DNA of 42,822 bases, taken from assembly GCA_902764715.1 (NCBI GenBank), contig CACWXE010000004.1:1-42822 (forward strand). The letters are read 5' to 3'. The number at the start of each line of letters is the position of its first letter. The stretch's first letter is position 1. Made by a program: the position numbers and the translations under genes. Positions 28,535-38,300 of this stretch are shown in pieces. The notes under the pieces were generated by a model. It worked only from the letters and a program-made list of their open reading frames with translations, searched no databases and was not told the origin of the DNA. The DNA is from an uncultured Ruminococcus sp. (GTDB lineage Bacteria; Bacillota; Clostridia; Oscillospirales; Acutalibacteraceae).

Positions 28535-28565
28535 ATATTACACTTTGACGCAGAGTAAAAGTCAA
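28535..28565 (-). promoter_or_regulatory. MerR-type promoter (19-bp spacer with dyad)
   Basis: TTGACT (28565-28560), 19 bp, TAATAT (28540-28535). Dyad ACTTTGAC-GCAGA-GTAAAAGT. Confidence 0.8.
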
Positions 28566-28596
28566 GTTCTTTTCAAAAATATACGCTGATAGATGC

Positions 28597-28626
28597 AAAA
28601 ACTGCCCCGATTACTCGGGGCAGTTT
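28597..28626 (-). terminator. Terminator after glgP
   Basis: AAAAACTGCCCCGA-TTAC-TCGGGGCAGTTT. Confidence 0.8.
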
Positions 28627-28634
28627 GTTGTTAT

Positions 28635-28680
28635 TCGGTTGAGATTGCCACGCCGTCAGTTGACGGCTCGCAATGACAAT
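28635..28680 (-). repeat. Family C REP-like palindrome
   Basis: TCGGTTGAGATTGCCACGCCGTCAGTTGACGGCTCGCAATGACAAT. Confidence 0.8.
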
Positions 28681-28776
28681 CAAAATAATCCGTTTTGACC
28701 CGCCGTTGACGGAGCGTCAAAAAAGATGACTTTCGCAAAAGGCGGAACAAACACGCACGCGTGCATGCGCGCATGC

Positions 28777-31131
28777 TTATTTAACTTTCCAGATCTCCTC
28801 AGCGTACTGGAGGATGGTGCGGTCGGAGCTGAAGATGCCGCAGTGCGCTACGTTCTTGAGGCACTTGGTACCGAAGGCGACACGATCTTTATAATCGGTG
28901 TTCGCCTGCAGCTTCTTCGCGACATAATCTTCCAGATCATAGAGCAGGAAGTAATGGTCGGCATGGTGCCAGTTGGTACCGTTGATGAGCGCGTTGTGCA
29001 GCTCAGCGAAGGAGCCCTCGCCCTGAGCGCCTCCGTCGTTGAAGGTACCGTCGATCAGGGTGTCGACGACACGCTTGATCATCGGGTTGGAGTTATACAG
29101 CGCTCTCGCGTCGTAGCCTTCCTTCTTGAGGCGCTCGATATCCTCGACTCTGCCGCCGAAGATATACTCGTTCTCTTCACCCGCCTGCTGTGCGATCTCA
29201 ACATTCGCGCCGTCATAGGTGCCGAGGGTCACAGCGCCGTTGAACATGAACTTCATGTTACCGGTACCGGAAGCCTCTGTACCCGCGGTGGAGGTCTGCT
29301 CGGAGATATCCGCCGCTACGACCAGCTTCTCTGCGTAAGAAACGTTGTAGTTGCTGACGAATACGACCTGGAGCTTATCCTTGGTGTCGGGATCGTTGTT
29401 GACGAGGTTCGCGATCTCGTTGATATACTTGATGATGGCTTTCGCTCTCTTATAACCGGGAGCAGCCTTAGCGCCGAAGATGAAGCAGGTCGGCTGGAAG
29501 TCGGGCAGCTGACCGCTCTTGATGCGGAAGTAGATCCACATGATCGAGAACGCGTTGAGCAGCTGACGCTTATACTCATGCAGACGCTTGACCTGGATGT
29601 CAAAGATGAACTTCGGGTTGATCTCAACGCCGTCCATCTTCTTGACATAGGCTGCGAGCTGCTTCTTCTTCGCCAATTTGATCTTATTGAATTCCTTGAC
29701 GGAATCGGGATTGATGTGCGCGTCGAGCTTCTCCATCTTGCTCATATCCTTGAGCCAGCCGGAACCGATGCGGTCGGTGATGAAGGAAGCGAGCTCGGGG
29801 TTGCACAGACCGAGCCAGCGACGCTGGGTAATACCGTTGGTCTTGTTCTGGAAGCGCTCCGGATATACCCAGTACCACTCCTTGAGAACGTCGTTCTTGA
29901 GGATCTCGGTGTGGATCCACGCAACGCCGTTGACATAGGAAGATACATACATCGCGAGTCTTGCCATATGAACCTTACCGTCGCGGATGATGCCCATCGC
30001 GTTGATGTTGTGCTCTTCAACGCCCTTGTACTTGAGGTCGTTCCACTGACGCTCGTTGATGCGCTCGATGATAGCGTAAACCTCGGGGATGATCATCTTC
30101 ATCAGACCGGTATCCCACTTCTCCAGCGCCTCAGCCATAACGGTGTGGTTGGTGTAGTTGAAGGTCTTCTGCGCGATATCGAACGCCTGATCAAAGTCGA
30201 CGCCCTCTTTCTGGAGCAGACGGATCAGCTCGGGGATGGATACGACCGGATGGGTATCGTTGAGCTGGATAGTGGTCATCTCCGCAAAATGAGAGAAGTC
30301 GGTGTCATATTTCTTCTTATATCTGCGGATGATATCCTGCAGAGAAGCGGAGGAGAAGAAGTACTGCTGCTTTAAGCGCAGGATCTTGCCCTCGTAGCTG
30401 TTGTCGTTGGGGTACAGGACCTTGGAGATGTTCTCGCAGTTGTTCTTGTTCTTGACAGCGTCGTCATAACGGCCGTCGTTGAACGCGAGGAAATCAAAGC
30501 CCTCGACAGGCTCAGCCTGCCACAGACGCAGGGTGTTGATGTTCTTGGTGCCGCAGCCGATGATCGCCATATCATAAGGAACGGCGACAACGGTGCTGTC
30601 GGCGAACTGAACGATCTGTGACTGATCGTCGCGGCGGATGCACCACGGATCGGGATTCTTGAGCCAATCATCGGCGACCTCTACCTGATAGCCGTCCTTG
30701 ATCAGCTGCTTGAACAGACCGTAGCGATAGAAGATACCATAGCCGTCAAGCGGAACCTCCTGTGTCGCCGCGGAATCGAGGAAGCAGGCAGCCAGTCTGC
30801 CCAGACCGCCGTTACCCAGAGCGGCGTCTTCGATCTCTTCAAACTGGTTGATGTCGATGCCCTTGCTCTTCAACAGGCTCTTGACCTCGTCAAGGATACC
30901 GGCACAGTACAGGTTGTTGTAGATCATTCTACCCATCAGGAATTCTGCGGAGAAGTAGTAGGCTCTGCGACCCTCGGCATGCTTCTTTCTGCTGCGTGAC
31001 CAGTTCTGAGCGATCTCGCCCATGACCGCCTTACCGACGACCAGGTGGAGCTGCGGAGTGGTCAGATGCTTAGGCGCAGTACAAAACGCACTTCTCGACA
31101 GTTCGGTAATCTGTTCCATAGTAATGCTCAT
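28777..31131 (-). CDS. glgP: Glycogen/maltodextrin phosphorylase
   Basis: AEFLMGR, LGNGGLGRLAACFLDS, QLNDTHP, QVKRLHEYKRQ and EASGTGNMKFM. Confidence 0.97.
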   Translation of the reverse strand: MSITMEQITELSRSAFCTAPKHLTTPQLHLVVGKAVMGEIAQNWSRSRKKHAEGRRAYYFSAEFLMGRMIYNNLYCAGILDEVKSLLKSKGIDINQFEEIEDAALGNGGLGRLAACFLDSAATQEVPLDGYGIFYRYGLFKQLIKDGYQVEVADDWLKNPDPWCIRRDDQSQIVQFADSTVVAVPYDMAIIGCGTKNINTLRLWQAEPVEGFDFLAFNDGRYDDAVKNKNNCENISKVLYPNDNSYEGKILRLKQQYFFSSASLQDIIRRYKKKYDTDFSHFAEMTTIQLNDTHPVVSIPELIRLLQKEGVDFDQAFDIAQKTFNYTNHTVMAEALEKWDTGLMKMIIPEVYAIIERINERQWNDLKYKGVEEHNINAMGIIRDGKVHMARLAMYVSSYVNGVAWIHTEILKNDVLKEWYWVYPERFQNKTNGITQRRWLGLCNPELASFITDRIGSGWLKDMSKMEKLDAHINPDSVKEFNKIKLAKKKQLAAYVKKMDGVEINPKFIFDIQVKRLHEYKRQLLNAFSIMWIYFRIKSGQLPDFQPTCFIFGAKAAPGYKRAKAIIKYINEIANLVNNDPDTKDKLQVVFVSNYNVSYAEKLVVAADISEQTSTAGTEASGTGNMKFMFNGAVTLGTYDGANVEIAQQAGEENEYIFGGRVEDIERLKKEGYDARALYNSNPMIKRVVDTLIDGTFNDGGAQGEGSFAELHNALINGTNWHHADHYFLLYDLEDYVAKKLQANTDYKDRVAFGTKCLKNVAHCGIFSSDRTILQYAEEIWKVK

Positions 31132-31132
31132 T

Positions 31133-32623
31133 TTACTTTTCCTCCAAACGTGAATTAGTTTTAGATAAGTTATATAATCTATCGGCAATCTCCTTGGTGG
31201 CGGCGCCTTCCTTCATGCGCCATACCCAGTTACTGCCCAGCGTGGACGGTACGTTGATACGCGCCTCGCTGCCCAGTCCGAGGATATCCTGCATCTGGAT
31301 GATCGCATAGTTCGCGACGCTCTTATACGCCGCTTCGATGAACTTCCAGTTGACCTCGTCACCCGGATTGATACCGAGATATTTGTTACAATGTTCTTTC
31401 TCCCAGCCGTCTATCTGGCTGTACCAGCCTAAGACAGTATCGTTGTCATGGGTACCGGTATAGACGACACAGTTCTCTGTGTAGTTATGCGGTAAGAAGT
31501 CGTTTTCGTCATCATCCGCAAAGGCGAATTCCAGCACCTTCATGCCCGGATAACCGCTCTCCTTGAGCAGCTCCTTCACGCTGTCGAAGAGCTCTCCCAG
31601 ATCCTCGGCGACGATCTGGATATCGCCCAGCTTCTCACGCATGACGTTGAAGAAGTCGATGCCGGGGCCGTCGATCCACTCGCCGTTGATGGCGTTCTCG
31701 GAGCCGAAGGGGATGGCGTAGTAGGTGTCGAACGCGCGGAAGTGGTCGATACGGGTGATGTCAAAGAGCTTGTCGGCGGCGGCGATACGGCCCATCCACC
31801 AATCATAGCCGGTCTCCTCCAGATAATCCCAGTCATACAGCGGGTTGCCCCACAGCTGACCGGTCGCGGAGAAATAATCGGGCGGGCAGCCGGCGACGCA
31901 TACGGGATCCAGATTCTCATCCAGCCAGAACACCTCGGGGTTCGCCCAGGTATCGGCGGAGTCCATCGCGACATAGATCGGCATATCGCCTAAGATCTTG
32001 ATGCCCAGACCGTTGACATACGCGCGGAAATCCTCCCACTGCTTATAGAACTCGAACTGTACCCACTTCCAGAAGTCGATCTCCTTGCGGAACTTGCGGG
32101 TATAGCGGGCGATGGCTTCTTCATTGCGAACGCGGATCTCTTCATCGTCCCAATCGGGCCATGCCTTGTTGCCGAAATACTTCTTGACCGCCATATACAG
32201 CGCATAGTCCTTGATCCAGTTGGAATTCTTTCTCTTAAAGGAGTTAAATGCCTTGCGATCACCCTCCAGGAACTTTTCATAAGCGATCTTCAGCACCTCA
32301 AAGCGGCTGTAATAGATCGCGCCGTAGTCGATCTCTTCCGCATTGTTGCCCCAGTAGAATTGTTCGATCTGCGCCTTGGTCAAAAGGCCCTCTTTGACAA
32401 GCGTGTCAAGATCGATCATGTAAGGATTGCCCGCATAAGTAGAAAAACTCTGATAGGGGCTGTCTCCGTAGCTGGTGGGTCCGACGGGCAGGATCTGCCA
32501 GACAGACTGTCCCGCGGCCTTCAAAAAGTCCGCGAATTGTCTCGCCTCTTTGCCGATGGTGCCGATTCCGTACGGCGACGGTAAAGAGGTGATGGGCATG
32601 AGCACACCGGAAACTCTTGCCAT
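31133..32623 (-). CDS. malQ: 4-alpha-glucanotransferase (GH77)
   Basis: GVLMPITSLP, WQILP, GDMPIYV, GQLWGNPLY, RIDHFR, AEDLG and YTGTHDNDT. Confidence 0.97.
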   Translation of the reverse strand: MARVSGVLMPITSLPSPYGIGTIGKEARQFADFLKAAGQSVWQILPVGPTSYGDSPYQSFSTYAGNPYMIDLDTLVKEGLLTKAQIEQFYWGNNAEEIDYGAIYYSRFEVLKIAYEKFLEGDRKAFNSFKRKNSNWIKDYALYMAVKKYFGNKAWPDWDDEEIRVRNEEAIARYTRKFRKEIDFWKWVQFEFYKQWEDFRAYVNGLGIKILGDMPIYVAMDSADTWANPEVFWLDENLDPVCVAGCPPDYFSATGQLWGNPLYDWDYLEETGYDWWMGRIAAADKLFDITRIDHFRAFDTYYAIPFGSENAINGEWIDGPGIDFFNVMREKLGDIQIVAEDLGELFDSVKELLKESGYPGMKVLEFAFADDDENDFLPHNYTENCVVYTGTHDNDTVLGWYSQIDGWEKEHCNKYLGINPGDEVNWKFIEAAYKSVANYAIIQMQDILGLGSEARINVPSTLGSNWVWRMKEGAATKEIADRLYNLSKTNSRLEEK

Positions 32624-32741
32624 AATTTCAACTCCTGTCATATTAAATTTAATCGGTTTATCGCTATGGCTACAAAGATTTGATGCTGAAATTGTCTATC
32701 TTGCACAGATAAAAGCATAGCTACCGACCCTATTCTTCAAT

Positions 32742-32770
32742 ATTTTAACATATGAATGAATAAATTACAA
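32742..32770 (-). promoter_or_regulatory. Putative sigma-A promoter of malQ-glgP
   Basis: TTGTAA (32770-32765), 17 bp, TAAAAT (32747-32742), with an extended TG. Confidence 0.55.
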
Positions 32771-32947
32771 CCTTTTTTATAAAAATCGTTACAAATATGA
32801 AAAGATTTATCCGCGCCCCGATACAAGGCGTTTTCAAAGGGCGTTGATCCCGCGTTTGAAAGCGCCGACGTGATCGGAAAACGCCATCAAAAAAGCTCCC
32901 CGGATCTCAGGGAGCTTTATCCTATTATGCAGGGCTTGCCGATGGTG

Positions 32948-33499
32948 TTACCACACTTCCGCTTTGCTCAGCTTCTCTGTTTCCTTGAGGGCAAAGTACA
33001 AGGCGGCGGTGACGGCGAGTTCTCTGATCCGCTCACGGTCGGCGTTGTTCTCTCCGAGGAGCATCTTTTCGGTATGCAGACCCAGCTCGGTGCTGATGCC
33101 GATATAGACCAGTCCGACGGGCTTGTATATCGTACCGCCCAAGGGTCCCGCGATACCGGTGGTGGAGATGCCGATATCCGCGCCCGCGAGCAGTCGGACG
33201 CCGCGCGCCATCTCGGCGGCGGTACGATCAGATACCGCGCCGTAAGTACTGAGCGTTTCCTCACGCACGCCGAGGATCTTATGCTTGATATGGTTCGCGT
33301 AGGTACATACGCCGCAATCGAATACGCCGGACGCGCCCGATACCGAGGTAAGCGCGCCGGATACCAAGCCGCCGGTACAGCTCTCGGCAGTCGCGATGCG
33401 CTTTTTCTGCTTGGTCAATGCCGCCACCAACAGATCGGGCAGATCCTTTTCGTCAATATGATCCTGAGCCAACAGCTCCAGTAATTCAGATGTTTTCAT
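32948..33499 (-). CDS. CinA C-terminal domain / nicotinamide-nucleotide amidohydrolase (PncC family)
   Basis: ATAESCTGG, YGAVS, STTGIAGPLGG and KPVGLVYI. Confidence 0.9.
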   Translation of the reverse strand: MKTSELLELLAQDHIDEKDLPDLLVAALTKQKKRIATAESCTGGLVSGALTSVSGASGVFDCGVCTYANHIKHKILGVREETLSTYGAVSDRTAAEMARGVRLLAGADIGISTTGIAGPLGGTIYKPVGLVYIGISTELGLHTEKMLLGENNADRERIRELAVTAALYFALKETEKLSKAEVW

Positions 33500-33514
33500 A
33501 ATAGCCTCCGAAAC

Positions 33515-33670
33515 AATTAGGAATTAGGAGTTAGGAATTAGGAATTGATGGTGGGCTGCGCCCACACCCTTTTATATATTTAATAAAACGTTTCGTTCCA
33601 ACAATATAGGAATCAAAACGCGGTCAAGCGTTTCCCGCAATTCCTCATTCCTAATTACTAATTCCTCATT
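33515..33670. repeat. Full family H element with inverted heptamer arms
   Basis: (TTAGGAA)x4, GGTGGGCTGCGCCCACACCC, ..AAACGTTTC.., then (ATTCCTA)-like x4. Confidence 0.85.
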
Positions 33671-33805
33671 ATTATAAACCTTCTTCTTCCCTATTGCAAT
33701 CCTCATCAAAATTTGTTAGAATTTGTTTACAAATACGGAATGTTGCGATTGCCGCGGGCTGACACGTGTGTCGAGCCCTCGCAATATCTGCACAACGGAG
33801 ATAAC

Positions 33806-34459
33806 ATGGCTTGGTTTTTCGCGAAGATCGGCGAAGCGCTGACCCTCTGTACCCCCGACGGCAGACGGCATGAATGCGAGATCAGCGAGATCACGCGTGA
33901 CGATGTGACCGTGCGCATCCTGCGCTCGACCGAATGTGAGCAGGAGCCCGATGTGCGCGTCAACCTGTTCATCGCGCTGATGAAGGGCGATAAGATCGAC
34001 GACGTGGTGCAAAAGGCGGTCGAGCTGGGCGCCGGCGAGATCACGCCGTTTCTCAGCGCGCGGTGCATTTCGCGCCCGGACGAAAAGAGCATGAACAAAA
34101 AGCTCGCCCGGTGGCAGAAGATCGCCGATAACGCCGCCTCACAATCCCGCCGCGGCGTCATCCCGCGCGTCAACCCCTGCGTCAACCTGCGCGATATCCC
34201 CGACATCGTCAAGGATACGGACATGTCCGTCGTCTTTTACGAATGCGGCGGTGAAAAGCTCGGCTCCCTGATCCAAGGCAAGCTCGGGACACTGGCGCTG
34301 ATCACGGGATCGGAGGGCGGCTTTGAGCAGGAGGAGATCGATTATCTCACCGATCATGGCGTGAAGGTCGCCACATTGGGCAAGCGCATCCTGCGCGCCC
34401 AGACAGCACCCGTCGCGGCACTGTGCGCGGCGATGCTGCTGACAGGAAACTTGGAATAA
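33806..34459 (+). CDS. rsmE: 16S rRNA m3U1498 methyltransferase, N-terminally shortened (217 aa)
   Basis: KGDKIDDVVQKAVELG, SQSRR, GSEGGF and LGKRILRAQTA. RBS GGAG before ATG 33806. The usual H..LR N-terminal segment is absent. Confidence 0.88.
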   Translation: MAWFFAKIGEALTLCTPDGRRHECEISEITRDDVTVRILRSTECEQEPDVRVNLFIALMKGDKIDDVVQKAVELGAGEITPFLSARCISRPDEKSMNKKLARWQKIADNAASQSRRGVIPRVNPCVNLRDIPDIVKDTDMSVVFYECGGEKLGSLIQGKLGTLALITGSEGGFEQEEIDYLTDHGVKVATLGKRILRAQTAPVAALCAAMLLTGNLE

Positions 34460-34598
34460 ATTAGGAATTAGGAATTAGAAATTAGAAATTAGAAATTGCG
34501 GGAACGAAACGTTTCCTTATAAATGGGTGTGGGCACAGCCCACCATTCATTCCTAATTCCTAATTCCTCATTCCTAATTACTAATTACTAATTAATTA
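34459..34598. repeat. Full family H element, inverted relative to 33515-33670
   Basis: (ATTAGRA)x5, GCGGGAACGAAACGTTTC..GGGTGTGGGCACAGCCCACC, then (ATTCCTA/ATTACTA)x6. Confidence 0.85.
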
Positions 34599-34611
34599 CC
34601 GGAGGTATATT

Positions 34612-35307
34612 ATGTTAGGATTTATCTGCGCTCTCGGCATCGAGGTCGAGGGCATCGTCAAACTGATGGAAAACAAAGAAGAGACCACCATCGCCAAGAT
34701 CACCTACCACAAGGGTGAGATCTACGGCAAAGAGGTCGTGTGCTGTGAATGCGGTATCGGCAAAGTCAACGCCGCCATGAGCACCCAGATCATGATCGAC
34801 GCCTACCATCCCGACGTCATCATCAACAGCGGTATCGCGGGCTCGCTGTCGGGCGATATCCGCATCGGCGATATCGTGATCTCCGACGACTGCGTCCAGC
34901 ACGATATGGACGCTACCGAAATGGGCGATCCGCTCGGTCAGGTACAGTTCAACGACGAAAAGCGCACCTACTTCCCCGCCGACAAAGCGACCGCCGACAA
35001 GCTGTATACCGCTTGTCAAACCATCGACGGCATCTCTGTGTTCCGCGGAAGGATCGCTTCCGGCGACATCTTCATCTCCGCTCACGACCGCCGCAGCCGT
35101 GTCGCGGATACCTTCAACGCGCTTGCGTGTGAGATGGAGGGCGCGGCAGTCGGCACCGTTTGTTTCCGCAACGGCGTTCCGTTCGCGATATTGCGCAGTA
35201 TCTCGGACGACTTCAACAACAACGAATTCATGGACTTCATGCAGTTCCGTGAGATCGCTGCCAAACGTTCGATCAAAGCGATCGAGGAATTCATCAAAAA
35301 CGCATAA
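34612..35307 (+). CDS. mtnN: 5'-methylthioadenosine/S-adenosylhomocysteine nucleosidase
   Basis: GIGKVNAA, INSGIAGSL, SGDIF, CEMEGAAV and LRSISD. Confidence 0.95.
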   Translation: MLGFICALGIEVEGIVKLMENKEETTIAKITYHKGEIYGKEVVCCECGIGKVNAAMSTQIMIDAYHPDVIINSGIAGSLSGDIRIGDIVISDDCVQHDMDATEMGDPLGQVQFNDEKRTYFPADKATADKLYTACQTIDGISVFRGRIASGDIFISAHDRRSRVADTFNALACEMEGAAVGTVCFRNGVPFAILRSISDDFNNNEFMDFMQFREIAAKRSIKAIEEFIKNA

Positions 35308-35321
35308 TAAATCTTATGCTG

Positions 35322-35355
35322 AAAGCGCCGTGTACCAACCGTACACGGCGCTTTT
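35322..35355. terminator. Bidirectional terminator
   Basis: AAAGCGCCGTGTAC-CAACC-GTACACGGCGCTTTT. Confidence 0.8.
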
Positions 35356-35371
35356 ACGTTGAATATTTGTA

Positions 35372-38300
35372 TTACTTATCGAATACCCAGTACTGGGTAC
35401 CGGACGCGGAGATCTCGGACATCGTGAAGGTCGTACCGATATAGCCGTTCCACCCGTTGGGATCGTAGACGATGATCCTGCCGGAGGAGGTGATACCGGC
35501 GAGCACGATGAAGTGACCGCCACGGGTGAATATGCCCGTGCCTTGAGCGCTGATAACATACTTGCCCTGCTTCAGCGCGGATATCACAGCGTTCGTTTCA
35601 TTGGAACCGAGCTGCCGTTCCATCGTGATACCGAAGTGATCGGAGGCAGCGCTGAAATAGCTCCAATAGGTGCCGACTCCCATCATATAGTACTTGTTGC
35701 CGCACCAGCTGACGGCGTCGATCGGCGTGATCCTCCTGTTTTTCAGAGTGGACGCGACCATTGCGAAGCAGGTGGGACCGCAGCCGGACCACGCGATGGT
35801 GTCGTCGCCGTACGGATAGCTGTACTGGGTCTGGTCGTAGTAGTAGAAGTCGCCCGCATCACCACTGCCGCCTTCCACGGTGATGACGAAGCCGTCCGGA
35901 TCAAAGCCGCTGTAAAAATCTGTTCCCGCGTTATTGATGACCCTGACCGTATAGGTATAGGTCTCACCTGCCCATACGTCGGTATCGGTATAGCTGTTGG
36001 AGCTCGTATCACCGAGCCTGCTCCATGAACCGTCGATCTTTTTGTAGACGCGGTATCGCGCAGCGCCGTTCGGGCTGTTCCATGTGATCGTCACGCCTTC
36101 GGGATCAGCGTCAACGTTGATCAGCTTGGGCGCGGAAACATAATAAATGCTCACACCGGTCGTATCACAGTCGGAGGTGAACGCCGTGCCGTCGGAGGTG
36201 ATACAGCGCACGGTATAACGGTAGGAATAACCTGACGAAACGTCGGTGTCGATCACCGAGGTACCGGTCGTTTCGGTCAGCTTTGTCCAGCCGCGGCTGC
36301 CGTAGTAGTAGACGCGGTATTTTTCCGCAACGCTTTCCACGAGATCTCGATGCCGTTTCTGGTAAAATCTGGTTCATACATAACAGGCATATAGGTAAAC
36401 GGACACAAAACGCCGTCGTGGTTAAAATCGGAGGTGAAGCTGTTGCCGTCCGCCGAAATACAGCGCACGGTATAGCGGTAGGTATAGCCGGAGGAAACGT
36501 CGTCATCGATCACGGAGGTACCGGTCGTCTCGGTCAGCCGCGTCCAACCGTCTCTGCCGTAGTAGTAGACGCGGTATTTCGCGGCGCCCGCGGAGGGCTT
36601 CCAGCTGATCTTGATACGGTTCTTATCACATTCCGCGCTGAGATTTTGCGGCGCGGCGATATAATGGAGCGATTTTCCCGTGCCGTCAAAGGTGGACTCG
36701 AACTGCGTCCCCTCCGCGTTGATACAGCGCACGGTATAGGTATAATCCCTGCCCGATTCGGCGTTGTGAACGAACGTGTTAGAGGTCGTCTCGCCGGCTT
36801 TTGTCCAGCCGCCGTCGGTTTTGTAATAGACGCGGTATTTTGTCGCGCCTTTGCTCGCGCTCCATGTAACTTCCACGCCCTCGGCTCCGCCTTTGACGCT
36901 CGTCACCTTCGGCATCTCGACATAGCGCATACTCTTGCCGGGATAGAAATCCGAAGTGAACTGTGTCTCCTCTTTGTTCAGACAGCGCACCGTATAGGTG
37001 TAGTTGTAGCCGGATTCGATGTCATCGTCCTCAAAGGATGTCTGCGTCGTATCGGCGAGCTTTGTCCAGCCGTTCGCGCCGCGGTAATACACGCGGTACA
37101 GCTCGGCTCCCTCCACCGCGTCCCAACGGATGGTGATGCTCTTTTCGTTGCACACGAGCTCAAAATCAGGCGCGTTGATAAAGGTATGGGATACACCGGG
37201 TCTGAACGAGCTCAGGAACGCGTCACCCGCGTCGTTGACACAGCGCACGGTATAGGTGTAGTTGTAGCCGGATTCAACATCGGTGTCCACATAGGAGGTG
37301 TCGGTCGTATCGACCAGCTTCGTCCAGCCGCGGCTGCCGTAGTAATAGATACGGTATTTTTCCGCGCCTTGGACAGCCTGCCACGTGATATCGACGCCGT
37401 CCGTTCCGTTGCTGACGGAAAAATCGGGAGCATACATATATGTCCCTTTGATACCGTCACGGTCAAAGGCACTGACATATTCACCCGCTGCGTTCATACA
37501 GCATACGGTATAGGTGTAGGTCACGCCGGAGTTCACTTCTTCATCCAGATAAGAGGTTTCGGTGGTATCCGCCATCCTTGTCCAGCCGTTTTTGCCGCGG
37601 TAAAAGACGCGGTACTTGTCGGCGCCGGGACATGCCTGCCACGTGATACGGATCCCGCTGTCGGTGCCGGTCGCTGACAACAGCACGGGCGCGGCGATAT
37701 AGCGGATGGATTTTCCTGTTGTATCACAGTCGCTGGTGTAGCGCTCGCCGTCGGCGGTAACGCACCGCACGGTATAGGTATAGGTGTTGCCGGAGCGCAC
37801 ATCATCATCCAGCAGATAGTTGTTTTCCGTCGTCGCCATGCGCGTCCAACCGTTGGAACCGCGGTAAAACACACGGTAGCCTTCGGCGCCTTCGATCGCG
37901 TCCCATTTGAGCATCACGCCGCCTGTCGTGTTCTCGACACTCAGCACGGGTGCTCTCAGATACGCGTGGGTCAGCCCTGTTTCATCAAAATAATCAAACA
38001 TATACGCGCCGCTGCTCGTCAGCTCTCTGACGGTATAGCGGTAGCGGTTGCCGTAGGTAACGTTTTCATCCAGATAAGAGTTTTCGGAGGATACGGCGAT
38101 CTGCTTCCACGCGCTGTTCTCCATACGCAGTACAGCCACCTTGCTGACGCCTGAAGCCTTGTTCCAGTAGATACGTATGCCCTCATCCGTTGTATCCGCT
38201 CCGGTCAATACGGCGGGGGCGGAATAGGTGATCGACCCGGACGCGGTGGTGGTCATAACGTCGTTTGAAGCGGTCATTCCGTAGAGGCGATATCGATATG

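Noticed and set aside
33713-33805. N-terminal extension of rsmE in the ORF track that might replace the missing segment
   Set aside because: It translates a family C palindrome and has no RBS. The RBS sits before 33806. Track extensions on truB, mnmA, glgP, csoR and the ECF S-component were rejected similarly.
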